DNA of 64,000 nucleotides from Octopus sinensis (GCF_006345805.1 NC_043008.1:48856001-48920000), one strand, 5' to 3'. Counted from the stretch's first letter, positions 1 to 12,962 are shown. Translations and numbers: made by a program. Notes: generated by a model from the letters alone, not told the origin.

Positions 1-122
1 TGAGATTTTTAATGTCAACACTTTACATGCCTGAATGTCTGTCTTTGATGCTATTGGAACCGTTTGTTGTATTTTCTGCAGCCAAAAGAAACATTCAACT
101 TTTATCCTTCTTAATTTTTCAG

Positions 123-182
123 ATATCCTGTGATAAAATATCTCTTTTCCACAATTTTAGGAAAATATTGAAAAATGATTGG
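123..182 (+). CDS. DAP3: DAP3 exon (ISCDKISLFHNFRKILKNDW)
   Basis: ttttcag acceptor, 60 nt, gtaag donor; KNDW motif. Confidence 0.88.
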
Positions 183-3100
183 GTAAGAAATTGAGATTTT
201 ATTTCCTTGTTTTTCATTTCTTTGTGTAAGATATTGTCTAACTCCGGGATCCCAAGGTACTTTTCCCATCATCATCCAGGTCTTCCATTATCTCTACGTA
301 GGGAAATTCTATGTCCTTGCCATCTGCTCTTTTCCCTCGTTTCAAAGTGAGCAACGTACACTTCGAGATACCGAATTCCATCCCTAGATCCTTGCTGTAC
401 ATTTACACAATCTCGACCCCCTCTCCATTTCAGGCTCTGTTTTTGTGAATAGTTTTAAATCATTCATGAAATGAAAGTGGTTGAGACATCCATTCTTTCT
501 CATCTCGTAGTGCACATTGATTTTGTGTAGGACAACAGAGAGTGGGGTTGAGTCATTATTATTATTTTTATTATTTAAAACTGTTTGATTCAGCCCTGTG
601 TTTTAAATAATAATATATGTAACTCTTAGTAAATATGTTGAATGCCTCTTTCTTTTATTTGTCCACTCACGTGTGTGTGTGTGTGTGTGTAAAAATACTT
701 ACTGGTTTCATTCATTAGGGCACTGTCTGAAAGGCTCTTTTCTATTTATCTTACTGATCCCAGTACATTTTTGAATCTGGTACTTTATCAATCTCTATTT
801 ATCAAGTAGCTAAGTTACCTTCTTTTGGCATAACTTGCAACTTGTCATGTTTTACACTGGTACACACACACACATGCATGATGTGTGTGGGTGTGTGTGG
901 TTCTTGTAGTATATTGGTTTACAAAGGCGCCATTTGGTTTGGAGGCTTTGTCTCCACATTAGTGTTCGTATCCATGGCAACTTTGTTTCTAGCAGATTGG
1001 AATCCAGTTCTTTACGTCACCCAAACACTTCTCAGAGAGACGGTTGTGTTACTGTTTCTGGCTGTCAGAGAGCCAGTAACTTTTGCTTGTTAGGACAACA
1101 TGGCACTGGTGATGAGGTGTGAAACGTTGACTACTGCTTGTGTAAGTTTATGTGTGGGATACAGAGATGTCTCTCAGTCTATATATGTGTATATATATAC
1201 ATTATATACTCATGCACACATACATACATGTGTACATGTAGTTTAACAGAATTGTATGTTGTTTTTTTCCCTCTGTTATGTTGTTATTATTTTCTCTAAA
1301 GAATTATTGTCATCTGCAGCCAATTTACCATTCTTGTTTGGGTGGGGTTTCACCTTCTTTCTCTCTCTTCTTTTACCTCCTTTTTATATAGAATTTCCTT
1401 TTTTAATTCTTTATTTTCTTCCTTTTCCATCTTTTCCTTTTCTTATTTTTTCCTCTTTTCAAAAAAAGGTGGGGCTGGGGGAGAAATGATGAGGATGAGG
1501 ATGGAGAAAGGGAGGGGGTGGGTAGAATTTATTCTTTCTGCCTTTTTTTACTTCCTCCTCCTCATCTTTTTCTTTTTCCCTTTACTTCTTCCTCCACATG
1601 TACAAATGTTTGTATATATACATCTAAGTATGTATTTGTGTATATTTAATTCTGTATGTGTGTGTATATATGCCTCTTATGTGTGTGCATATGTATGTAT
1701 GTATGTATGTACACATATATATATGCTTGTATGTATCTGTGTGTGTGTGTATAAATTTATATATATGCTTGTATGTATCTGTATGTGTGTCATCATCATC
1801 ATCATTTAACGTCCGTTTTCCATGCTAGTATGGGTTGGATGGTTCAACCAGGGTCTGGGTAGCTAGGAGGTTGCACCAGGCTCCAGTCTGATCTGGGAGT
1901 GTTTCTACAGCTGGATGCCCTTCCTAACACCAACCACTCTGTGAGTGTAGTGGGTGGTTTTTATATGCCACCAGCACAGGGGCCAGAGGAGGCTGGCAAT
2001 GGCCACGATCAGTTGGTGCTTTTATGTGCCACTGGCACGGAAGCCAGTCAAGGTGACACTGGCTTCGGCCATGTTTGGATGGTGCTTTTTATGTGCCACC
2101 GGCATGGATATCACAACTAGAATTTCCATTTGATTTTCATTTTAATGTTGATGTACTTGACTCAATAGGTCTCCTCAACTGTTTGGGAGTAGCACTTCTT
2201 CACACATTTCTCCTTGTCCATCTGTAGTTCATGACCATACCAGCGCAAACGTCTCTCTTGCACGCCACATCCTATGCTTCTTATGTCCAACATTTCTTTC
2301 AGAGCACTTACACTCTGTCGTGTATGCACACTGACATTACACATCCAGCAGATCATGCTAGCTTCATTTCTTTTGAGCGTACACATGTCCTTCGCAGTCA
2401 TGGCCCATAATTCACTGCCATGAAGCATGGCAGTTTGCACACATGCATGGTACAATCTACCTTTTACTCTGAACGAGAAGCCCTTTGTCACCAGTAGGGG
2501 TAGGAGCTTTCTTAACTTTGCCCAAGCTATTCTTATTCTAGTGGTGATGCTCTCTGAGCATCCACCCTCACTACTAACTTGGTCACCCAGGTAGCGGAAG
2601 ATATCAACTACTTCTAGTTTCTCCCCCTGGAGTGTGATGGAATCTGTTTTCTGAGCATCTGTGGTGTTTATTGCCCCTGTGCATTTGCTGCACATGAAAG
2701 CTATCTTCTTTGTTAATCTTCCTTTGATGATTCTGCACCTCTTATGTGTCCATAGCTTACACTGGGTACATTTTATGGAGTTTCTACCTACACTTTTTCT
2801 ACAGATCGAGCTGGGCCACCTACCTGAGGGGGTGTGTGATGAGTTCGCCTTTCTACTTACTAGAACTTTGGCCTTTGGTATAAATTTATATATATATATA
2901 TATATATAGATAGATAGATATAGATATATATCGCAAATAAGAAAATGGAGAACAATAGTTGGTTCATCAACTTTTGGACATTAAAATGTTAACCTATTTA
3001 TTTATTAAACTGGTAATTATAATAATATACATACATATAGCATATTATTCTTTGCATATAAGATATAAAATATAGTAATACATAAGGATACCAGTAATTA

Positions 3101-3249
3101 TTATAAAAAACATGAATATAAATTGAGGTTGACTTTGTCTTTCATCCTTTCAGGATCGATAAATTAATTACCATTTGCATACTGGGGTCGATCTAATCGA
3201 CAGGACCCCTCCCCCAAAATTTCAGGCCTTGTGCCTAGAGTAGAAAGGA

Positions 3250-3295
<46 letters not shown>

Positions 3296-3501
3296 GTACA
3301 ATGCCTTGATGTTGGAAAGTAGAGAGAAACCAAAATTCTAAGGGGAGATAAATCAAATTTGTTGCAAAGAATTCATCATCAACACGACCATGTCCCCCAC
3401 CCCCCACCCCATGCCCCCACCACCACTTTTCCTCTCATAATGTGTTGGACATTTCTTGATGACTCTATGTCAGGTCTTAACACGTCTGAAATTCTAATAA
3501 G

Positions 3502-3539
<38 letters not shown>

Positions 3540-5951
3540 GTTGCTGTATTTCACACATAACACAAACTTCTCTCTTTCTCCTTTTCAGTCCAATGGTATT
3601 GTTGCTGGAATTGTGGATATTGTAGCCAATCCAAGTGACCAACGCGAGAAGTGCACACCACACTACCTTCTTCAGAAAGAGGTACACTTTTCTATTTGTA
3701 TGTGTGTGTGAATGTGTAACTGTCAGGTAGATCTATCTGAGTAGAAATATACATATATATATACACACACAAAAATTCTATAATTATGAGCATAATTATA
3801 ATTAGGGTTCAGCAAAAATTTGCTTCACCAAATACCAAAAATTTAGAAATAGCAGTCAAAACACTATTCTACTACCATAAGATATCTCCCAGATATGTGG
3901 TGAAGCAAATATTTGCTGAATCCTAATTGTAATTATGCTCATAATTATAGAATTTTTGCATAAGTTTACCGATAATGGTTCTTTTACATACCAAACTACT
4001 TGGTAAAATTATTAATTATTAATTGATTAATTAATTTTACCCTTTATTATATATATATATAAAATTGGAACAAAAAGGCAATAGAGGGCATTAAAGCATT
4101 CGGAAAGATAGATGATACAAAGGCGGACAAGAGAAACAACAATTAGAAGGACAGGCAAAAAACAAGACAGGTCATTCTTGGCTTTCTTTCATCAGTCAAG
4201 TACCAGATGTCACGACCATTTTGGACAGTTACACTTGAGATGGTTCGATCTGGTTGCCTCCAAAAAAGTCTAAGCTAAGAGCATTAGACCCCTTTGTAAG
4301 AAAGCTGGCAAATGTGTACGGTAACAAAAACAAAAGAAAGCAAATAGACAAAAAGCAGAGACCATGGCACGCATTTACGAATACAAACAAGAAGAAATAA
4401 CAACAGGCGTCTTTCGACTGAGAACGAATCAAATTGAACTGACGTGTATGAAGTGAAAGCCTAACGATATATATGGTCAGGATGTTTGGTGTAGGTTGCA
4501 ATGGTTAGGGTGTGATGTATATGCAGTAGTAGGTGTGGTGTGGTAGTCTAGGCATGTGTTGCAGTCAGATGTAACTGTTTGTCTGAAACTGTTGAGTTTC
4601 AAAGTAAGAATTTTGTTGTTTTTAAAAATCTAATTTTTTTCATTTAACCCTTGAATATTCAGAATATTTTGTCAAAAGTTTATTATTGATTCCAATTGTT
4701 TTGCCTTATCTTCTTGTAGCTTTGAGATTTCAGTGGTATGATTGCAATTTCAAGAGTGGCATTGTAGGGTTGGTGTGAGAGGCTGAATCTGTCCAGTTTT
4801 AACTTAAAACAGTGTATTTGGGCCAATTTAAATGCTGAAGGATTAAGAATAATGTTCAATGAAGTTAACCCTTTATTTCCTGGGTTGATCTAATAAGAGT
4901 TTGTAGCTTCAAGAAACAGCAAAATTGATGGTGGTTTGTCTTGTGATCCTGCACTGCTGAATTCGAGTCCTTCTTGTTGACCGGACTCGGACAGGCTCCA
5001 GGCGACTATCGCCAGCAATTCAATAAAAAGTTAAAGAATTAACTTCTCAGCATCACATTTCTAATGTAACCCAATAAATCTCCTGAATATAGAGAAAGGT
5101 TCTAAGGGAGATAATCTCACTCCCAACGAGAACCTACATCAATATCATTCACATCTATTGCTTGTTTGTAGTTTCTTTTTTTTCTTTTTTCTTTTTTTTT
5201 AGAACATGTTCTGTTTGATTTTTATAAGGAAATGTTTATTTATTTATCTATTTCATAAGACATGGAATTCCCTTTTTCAATTATTTCTGACATGACATCA
5301 TTGCTAATTGCTCCCCTCAGATTCCACTGCAAAAACATCAACAAATACTAACAGTAACTGTTCTCTGTCACATTCTCAAATTAAGAATGTGGATTGCTAA
5401 TAAAACATTTAGCAACTATCTGGCTCTGAGTTCAATCCTTATGCAAGACTCTTCTTTAATAACTTCTGATTGACCTTAATACTGTTAGTGAAATTTCTGT
5501 AACAGAAATTTTCCAATGAGAGGTCATTCCTGTTTTTTGGAAGGTAGACAATCTGTTGTCCAGTTTAACACCTGCCTCCCATCCTGACCCTTGAGGGCAT
5601 TTTTGGCAAACATTCAGGACTGTCCTTCCTGGTCTAAGTCATTAAAAAGCAAAAATGGGGTCGCTGTAGTTTTTGATCTAATTCTCTAAATCCTCAGCAA
5701 AACCTTGAACCATGCTAATAAACATTGTGTTAAATCTTTTTCAAGTTAAAGAAATGTGTGAAACTATTCCAATCCTCTGAGAACATAATTTTAATTCATG
5801 AATATTAATCATTTTAATTCATGAATATTAATTATCTGAGATAAACCATACACAAATTGTGATCATGTCTTTGTGAAGTTCTTTTCAGAAATGATGTTGC
5901 TGCTGCTGATAAAATATTCATTGTATATATAATACTGCATCTGTAACCATG

Positions 5952-5995
<44 letters not shown>

Positions 5996-7629
5996 ATGTG
6001 TGTCTGCATGCATTTTTCAAGTGTGTGCACATGTGTATATATATTTACATATATTTTTTCTGTTTTGTTCTACTTTCTCTACCAGTAAGTCTAGTTGCCA
6101 CTTGGACATAAACTTTTATATCCTCCAGCAATGACTTTCTCACTGGTAATGCCTTCCCTGTATATTGCAAAACTGTACTTGTTTTTCCCACAAATAAACT
6201 GCACATCATATTCGCGGCTTCGATGAAGCCATAGGATGTTATTCTGGCTCTCAACTAAGATTCCACTTCATCTTAGGGCAGAGATAGCTGTAAACTGATG
6301 ATGTTCATAACATAACCATAATTTCTCCTGTGTTGTCTTTTTTCTCTGATGGGTGGTCGATGTGAAGAAGGGCATCCAGCTGTAAAAACAGGGCCAAAAT
6401 AGACAGACAAGTCTGGGGCAGCCCTCCAGCCTGGCCAGCTCCTGTCAAACCGTCCAATCCATGCCAATGTGGACATTAAACGATGATGATGATGATATAA
6501 CCAGTGAAGAATGGAGTTATTAGTATAATATTTATTCCACAGATTACGACATATCAGTGACAAGCAGTGATACTGTCAAATCGATTATATAATACATGTT
6601 ATACAATGACCGACCCATATTCATCTTGTCATAACCTTTGTGAACAAATAAATATCCATTTGTATTCTTCAATTTTACTCACATTCTCTCTGTGCTTCTC
6701 TGATTGCCATAGCCACCCTCTGACTACAAATCGCATCTTTCTGAACTGAACCAAAGTTTAACTCCAGTAATTTCTATAACTACTGCTATCACCATCATCA
6801 TCATCATTGTCATTGTTTTTATGTCTGTTTTTCCATGCTGGCATGGGTTAGACATGTCATGATTTGATTTGACTTCCACTCAGAGTTACTTCCCTTGTAC
6901 ATGGCCCTATGCTTTAGGTTGGTGGCCACAACTTGATGTTCTTCCTAGCATCAACCACTTTACAACTACATAGTTATTTTTGCCTTTTAATCTTGCATTT
7001 CAAAATTTCACTGATGAAATCTAACAGGCTGAAACCTGTGTATAATTGTGATATCAGATTGTGTAAAAATAATACAGAATAGATGAAACCATGTCATTTT
7101 GGTTGTTGGATAAATTTTATATAGAAAATAAATTGCTAGAAAAACTTATCGTGGTGTATATTGAACAGAGAGGCTTTCAACCTGGGTCTTTATTGAACAG
7201 AGATTCAATCTGTGTGTGAATTGGGTTTCTATATACTCGAATAAATTTGTGGGCATTTTAGAATGCAAATGTCTAGATTATTACAACACGAATGGAACCA
7301 ACTTTTTTTATTGCAAGACTAAAACTTAGAACAGCAAAAAGACTTCTGTTGTATTATTCATTTGTCTTACATCTGCACCATTTTTGTTCTATGTTTGTCT
7401 GTGTTGGACAGATAGGTCTTGAGGCATTGCTTTACAAACAGATCCCTTCCCTGTCACCCAATCCTTGCTTTTTTTTTTTGTCAAGTGATGGATTTCTTAT
7501 TGCATTTGTCTTCAAAGTGCAGAACTGTGCAATGGTTTATTAGCAGAGAATGTGAACACACGTCACTGTTTTCTTTTTGACTCAATGCGCATATCTGTAT
7601 TTATTCATACACAAATGAATAACAGCATG

Positions 7630-7669
<40 letters not shown>

Positions 7670-7875
7670 TTGCTTGCACGGTTATATTTTATTCTTTTTC
7701 TTTCCCAGGCGTTTGAGTTGCTGGAACCGTTCATCCCAGTCTACGTCCCAGAATACAATGACAAGGAAATCCTCAGTTGCCTTGATTACTACATTGACCA
7801 ACTATGGTTGCAGAACCCTAAAGGTGAGCACTCCCCCCCTCTCTCTCCTCTTCCCATCTCACTTTCTCTCTCTCA

Positions 7876-7923
<48 letters not shown>

Positions 7924-9831
7924 CTATCTCTTTCTCTCTTTCTTTCTCCCTCTCTCTTTCTTCTTTCTTTCTTCCTTCCTTCGTTCCTTCTTTCTTTCTT
8001 TCTTTCAATACATTTCGCTTTATTTAATATTCAGTTCTCTGAAGATGAAATGGTGTTTGTTCACAGGAATATAACCTTCACCCATGTTCTAAACCAACAT
8101 TTGAAATATATGAAGAGCCTTGAGGTTGAGACGCTTTTGGAAAACAACTCGGGTGCAGCTACGGTTCTGGCTTAGTGGCGTTCAGCCATTATCGCTCTCA
8201 GTCAGCCTGGCACCACCGCTGTATCGAGCGAGCGTGCAAACCTTTGCTCTGATCCCGCAGTTCCTCTCGTACTGGACTGGATAGCCATAGCCGAGTTGAC
8301 ATTACCAGCGCAACTGGGGGCGCTGCGTACGCGCACTGTATCGGTAGGATATTAATTGGGGCAGGGGTTGGCTGGTCTGTGTGATCGCTGAGTTGCTGAA
8401 TGGAAAGTGTTTTGTGGTCTGTGTGAAGAAGTAACTGAATGACAATCGTGAATGTCTAACAAAAGATTTTATTATCACACATAAAGTCAAACTGTGTCAG
8501 TCTTTTACGAATAACAACAGCAATAATTACATGCTGGGAGAGAGAGACACAGCTTGGAGTTTACGACACACTATGCATGCGGCAACATGTGGCTGGCCCA
8601 GCATAACTGGAAGCAATTGTACTACATTCGTGGTGACAGAGGTCTTGGTTATCTGTCAGAGCCATCTGTGTGGGCCGTCTGGTGTGGAAAGCATGGAGAC
8701 ACATATGGCACGACTGCCTCAACATTCTGCAATTAATTACTGCCAAAAGTGGTCTTTTATGGAACACCAGAAGATTCTAGATCAGGGGGTTACCTACCAG
8801 AGTCCACATGGACCCCCAGGGGTCCACTGAAGCTTTAAAGGGGTCCACGAGTGAAAAATTGTAATTTATGGGTTCCTATATAAATTTTGTTTACTGGGAG
8901 GGGTACCTGTATTTATTGAAATTTTCAAGATTTGTATTTGGAATTTCTGTTATGAATATAACGGAATTGTTTCATTGTTAGTTTTTACTAACCTACAAAT
9001 ATTTTATTTCAAAAATTTACATGTGCATATATGGGGTCCACAGATGATAAGACAGCTCTCAGGGCATCCACAAGCAAAATAAGGCTGGGAACCCCTCTCT
9101 AGATTGAATCATGTGATGGCTTGATGCTGATTGGTTGCTTAATAGACCAATCACATGAAACTATTGTAGTTTGCTCGTGATGTCTGACCACGTATCCAGG
9201 GATTCAGTTTCAAACCTCTGCTACAGTAGTGAACTTAATATCTGACAATGGTTTCTCTGGTTTGACTCGAGGCCATATTATATGAATTTATGAAAAGAGA
9301 GGGAATCTAGTTTTTCTATATCACTGGTAATTAGTTTAATGAATCTGAAAGGATGAAAAGTAAAATCAACCTTTTGAACTAAGACAATGGCCAGCAATCA
9401 AAGAAGAGACCCAGCCACAGAACCTCTTTGAAGTGTCTCTAAAATACCTGGTCTGGTGCTTACAACAAAATGGAGTCTGTCGAAAGGATTAAGGGTTAGA
9501 GTACACTATTAAACCAGGAGGCAAGTGATTAAGTTTGAAAACTAATTGCTTAATTAATGAAATGATTGACTGGAAATGGATGTCTTGTTTATGGACAGGA
9601 TCTTCATTGATTAGCAACCTTTTGGGGACGTGACTTCTGTACAAAGTGGTGCCTGGTGAGGGGTTTCTACAAGGGAAGGGAGTAAGTAAATCACTCTGAG
9701 ACATTTCTGAATGTTTACTGATATTTTATTAAAAAAAAATTCCCATTCAAAAGACAGGATGGAACTGGACAAATCTTTAACTGGTTAAGGATTTGCTAAA
9801 TGCTGTGCCACTATAGATATTTCAATCATAT

Positions 9832-9872
<41 letters not shown>

Positions 9873-10323
9873 ATTTATTTCCAGCTTGTTATATGTATAT
9901 ATTCACCTTGTTATATGTATATGTATTCGTATTGGAGTAAAGACTGTTTGCCAACATAACATGGCAGTCCTGGTTTAGGATGAATGTTACTGTAATTTAG
10001 CCCCAGGAGACATCGTCTCCAGCTGGCTATACGACACATCTGTGTCCTTATATTTTCGAACAAGGGAATCTAGCACCCCTACTCAGCTAAATTACAGCTA
10101 CATTCGTCCTAAACCAGGACTGCCGTGTTATGTTGGCAAACAGTCTTTACTACAAAGTACTGTTGCTGAATATCTTTCGTTGTGAGACTTAAAGATAGTA
10201 ATTTTCTAATGTATCCCTATTGTTTAATATTTTTCAGCCAAAACAGAAGAAGGCAAGAAAGAATTAATCTTCTTAAGTAACCACAATCCAATGCAGCTGT
10301 GCAAAATCTGTGCCTCCTGTTGA
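123..10323 (+). CDS. DAP3: DAP3 / mitochondrial ribosomal protein mS29, 3' part (last 4 coding exons; gene starts upstream of window)
   Basis: Exons 123-182, 3589-3681, 7709-7823 and 10238-10323 have AG/GT boundaries and compatible phases. They splice to ISCDKISLFHNFRKILKNDW-SNGIVAGIVDIVANPSDQREKCTPHYLLQKE-AFELLEPFIPVYVPEYNDKEILSCLDYYIDQLWLQNPK-AKTEEGKKELIFLSNHNPMQLCKICASC*. This matches the DAP3 C-terminus (human ...RKMMKNDW...GFDALDPFIPI...TEEGKKELLFLSN...). Confidence 0.95.
1789..2830 (-). mobile_element. 5'-truncated RTE-clade LINE with (GAT)n-tailed 3' end
   Basis: ORF 2162-2695(-) gives the RTE RT C-terminus (FRYLGD...RIRIAWAK...RLYHACV..AMLHGSE.W...RRLRWYGH). The 3' UTR module and (CAT)n tail at ~1790 recur many times in the window. 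Confidence 0.85.
3589..3681 (+). CDS. DAP3: DAP3 exon (SNGIVAG...PHYLLQKE)
   Basis: cttttcag acceptor, 93 nt, gtac donor; in frame with neighbours. Confidence 0.9.
3771..3957. repeat. Fold-back inverted repeat, 60-bp arms (3771-3830 / 3898-3957)
   Basis: Arms are reverse complements with 3 mismatches in 60; 67-nt spacer. Confidence 0.9.
7709..7823 (+). CDS. DAP3: DAP3 exon (AFELLEPFIP...WLQNPK)
   Basis: ttcccag acceptor, 115 nt, gtgag donor; LxPFIP and WLQ motifs. Confidence 0.95.
8120..8358 (-). rRNA. Isolated, divergent 28S/LSU rRNA domain-VI fragment containing the sarcin-ricin loop (pseudogene or rRNA-derived element)
   Basis: Minus strand has CAGTACGAGAGGAAC (8274-8260, eukaryotic sarcin-ricin loop), GATAATGGCTGAACGCCACTAAGCCAGAACC (8193-8163, H97 region) and TTAATATCCTACCGAT (8355-8340, H94-like) in the correct order. 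Helices H95-H97 can still pair. Confidence 0.8.
8783..9096. mobile_element. hAT (Charlie-type) MITE
   Basis: Termini CAGGGGGTT...AACCCCT flanked by near-identical 8-bp TTCTAGAT / CTCTAGAT, matching the NTCTAGAN Charlie target preference. Confidence 0.65.
9937..10150. repeat. Fold-back inverted repeat, 65-bp arms (9937-10001 / 10086-10150)
   Basis: Arms are reverse complements with 4 mismatches in 65; 84-nt spacer. Confidence 0.9.
10238..10323 (+). CDS. DAP3: DAP3 terminal coding exon (AKTEEGKKELIFLSNHNP...*)
   Basis: ttttcag acceptor, phase 1, TGA at 10321-10323. Confidence 0.95.
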
Positions 10324-10355
10324 TGCTGTCTTTGATTTAGTGAATGTATATAGGA

Positions 10356-10461
10356 AATAAAATATTGGTCATTTTATTGCAGTGTTGTTTCATTCCAAAA
10401 TCTGAAGAATCTCTTTGGAAATTTAATGACATCAATGAGTTGATATTTGTTTATTAATAAA
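10356..10461 (+). terminator. Candidate DAP3 polyadenylation signals (AATAAA at 10356-10361 and 10456-10461)
   Basis: Two AATAAA hexamers 33 and 133 nt after the stop codon; which is used is unknown. Confidence 0.5.
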
Positions 10462-12504
10462 CATGCATGGGTTGGATAGGTCTACAAATTCTGAAACTGT
10501 TTGGAGGAATATTACTTTATAGCTATAAAATATTAACTTCAACAAAAACAGTTGTAGTGAGCTGACAAGGAGCCTCAAACTGCTAAAACCAGCTGCTAAA
10601 TCTCCCTCCAGTTACACCTTTACTATTTTAAATAAAGAAAGGAAACACTTCATCTAACGTTCAGGTAAATTGTTCTAAAAAGGTGTACTGTCTGAAATAC
10701 ATGGAGCTTTTGTGGTGGGGGGGGGAGTTGTTCTTTGTCAGATAGATAGAAGGAAAACAAAAGGGAAAACCATTTTTAAGAAGGGAAAAAGTAATGTGAG
10801 AAGGAATATACAGAATAATGGTGGAGAGGGAGTAAACAGGGTTTGTGGTTTCTGGCAGAGAAGAGTGAGTAAAAAGGTGAGTTAATGAGGGATATGATCA
10901 GAAGAAATTAAATGTTTGGGTGTGTGTGTGTAAAAGTGGAAATTTGAGTATGAGAATGTGTGTGTGTGTTTGTGATGTTGATATTATAAAATGATGTAAT
11001 GTTAAATCACAAAGATAATATTGACAGCATAACTTTGAGGAAGGAAAAACTGTTTTTTCATACCTGAATGAATGAATTAATGTAGTATGTTAAAATAACA
11101 TAGGTAGATATTAGCACTTTTTATATTCAAAATAATAATTAAATATGTTTAACAATATGGAAGTTTAATTTATTTAAATGAGATTTCTGAATTTGGCCAG
11201 CTTTTAATGTTTATATTAGTTTTGAGACCCTCAGAGAATCCGAAATGCCATTTTATTGTCTTTTAATAGTTTTGTGAATGAAAATGTTCAGCCACATCTG
11301 TGTGTCGTAGCAAAGTGACAGATGTAAGACTTGGCAAATTCTCTTAGTTTTCCAAAACTATTTGCAGAATAATGATAGCCAGAAATGAATGCCATCATCT
11401 GGAAGTGAGGTTGGTGGGGAGTCATCAAAAGGACTCTTGCAATAAGCTGGCTGTTTCTCGACATCATCATCATCATCATCGTTATTTAACACCCACTTTT
11501 CCATACTCGAGTCGGGCAGACAGAATTTGCTGAAACTGATTTTTGAAAGCCTGATGCTGTTCCTGTCACCCATCTTCAGAACATTCACTCTGGTGGAAAC
11601 TGGGTTGAATCTCTATATCGTTAACTGAGCCAGGAAACAATTTGCTGTTGCGAATAGTTTCAAACTGAAACCATTGAGATGGTTGTTACATCAACTGAGA
11701 ATGCTACAATCAAATAGACAAAAGTGCAGGAGTGGCTGCACGGGTAACAAGTTTGCCACCCTGGTGGAAATTGAAAGATGGCTATTGTGTGTGTGTGTTT
11801 TCATTTGCTCGTGCTTTTACTAAAAGTTGTAATTGATGAGAGGGAATGTCAGTTCTCTCAGCAATGAACTCTCTTCTTGTTTTACTTTTGAAGCTGTGTG
11901 AAGTAAGAGATCCCTTACTTAAAAAACAGGCAAGGGTTAGTGACAGGAAAGGTACCCAGCTGTAAAACAGCTTCAGTAGCACTCACCTAACCCATGCTGT
12001 TATTGAAAAACATGTGAAAATGAAGAAGAAATGATAAAATGGCTTTCAAACAGTTCACTTTTCTCTTCTAAAAAAATTACAAACTATATTTTTTCCAGTT
12101 TACAAAATTTCCTCAGAATCTGTCAACTAGAAATCCACTGCTTGTCATAATAAAAGACAAAACCACCATTTTCCAAACTGAATATTTTGCAGAATTCTCT
12201 GAATTCTTATCCCTTTCATATTCTTGTACTAATAAATATTATTTACACACTGGTGCTGGTGCCACATAAGAAGCACCAGTGGTTGGGGGTACAATCAAAG
12301 CACCGTTTCTACACCCTGTAAAGTAGTTGGCATTAAGAAAGGCATCCAACTCTTGGAGCCTGGTGCAGCTCTCTGGCCCTGCCAACGCTTGTCAAACTGT
12401 CCAACCTAAAACAACATGGAAAACGGGTGTTAAATGATGATGACACAGTTCACGGCTGTGAACAGGCTGCAAATTTAAAATTTGTATTTTCTCTTTTTCC
12501 ATAG

Positions 12505-12535
<31 letters not shown>

Positions 12536-12962
12536 CGTATATTTATTTATATTTTTAAAAAACTTAGGGAATAATAAGTATTCCAAGTTATCAGGACATT
12601 TACTATTTTACATTTTACTAATGCAATGTAAGGAGTATCATTTATATTATTATTACAAATTTGGGATTTTACCAATAGAACCGCAACTCTTATTTCAGGA
12701 TAACTTTATTGTATGGAATACCCATAGAAAGTTATATCCAAAAAAATAGTATAAGCATTTAAAAAACCTACTATGAAATACAATAAAACTATTTGAAAAA
12801 TATATATAACTTACCTGTTATTAGTCTGTTGGGGAAGAAGATATTTTTAATCAATGCTACACATATTTCTGCGCTAGTGGGGTGTTTATTAAGGCTATAC
12901 CTAATACAGAAATCCACCAGTGCGTAATAATATATATTTATTTATATATATATATATATATA

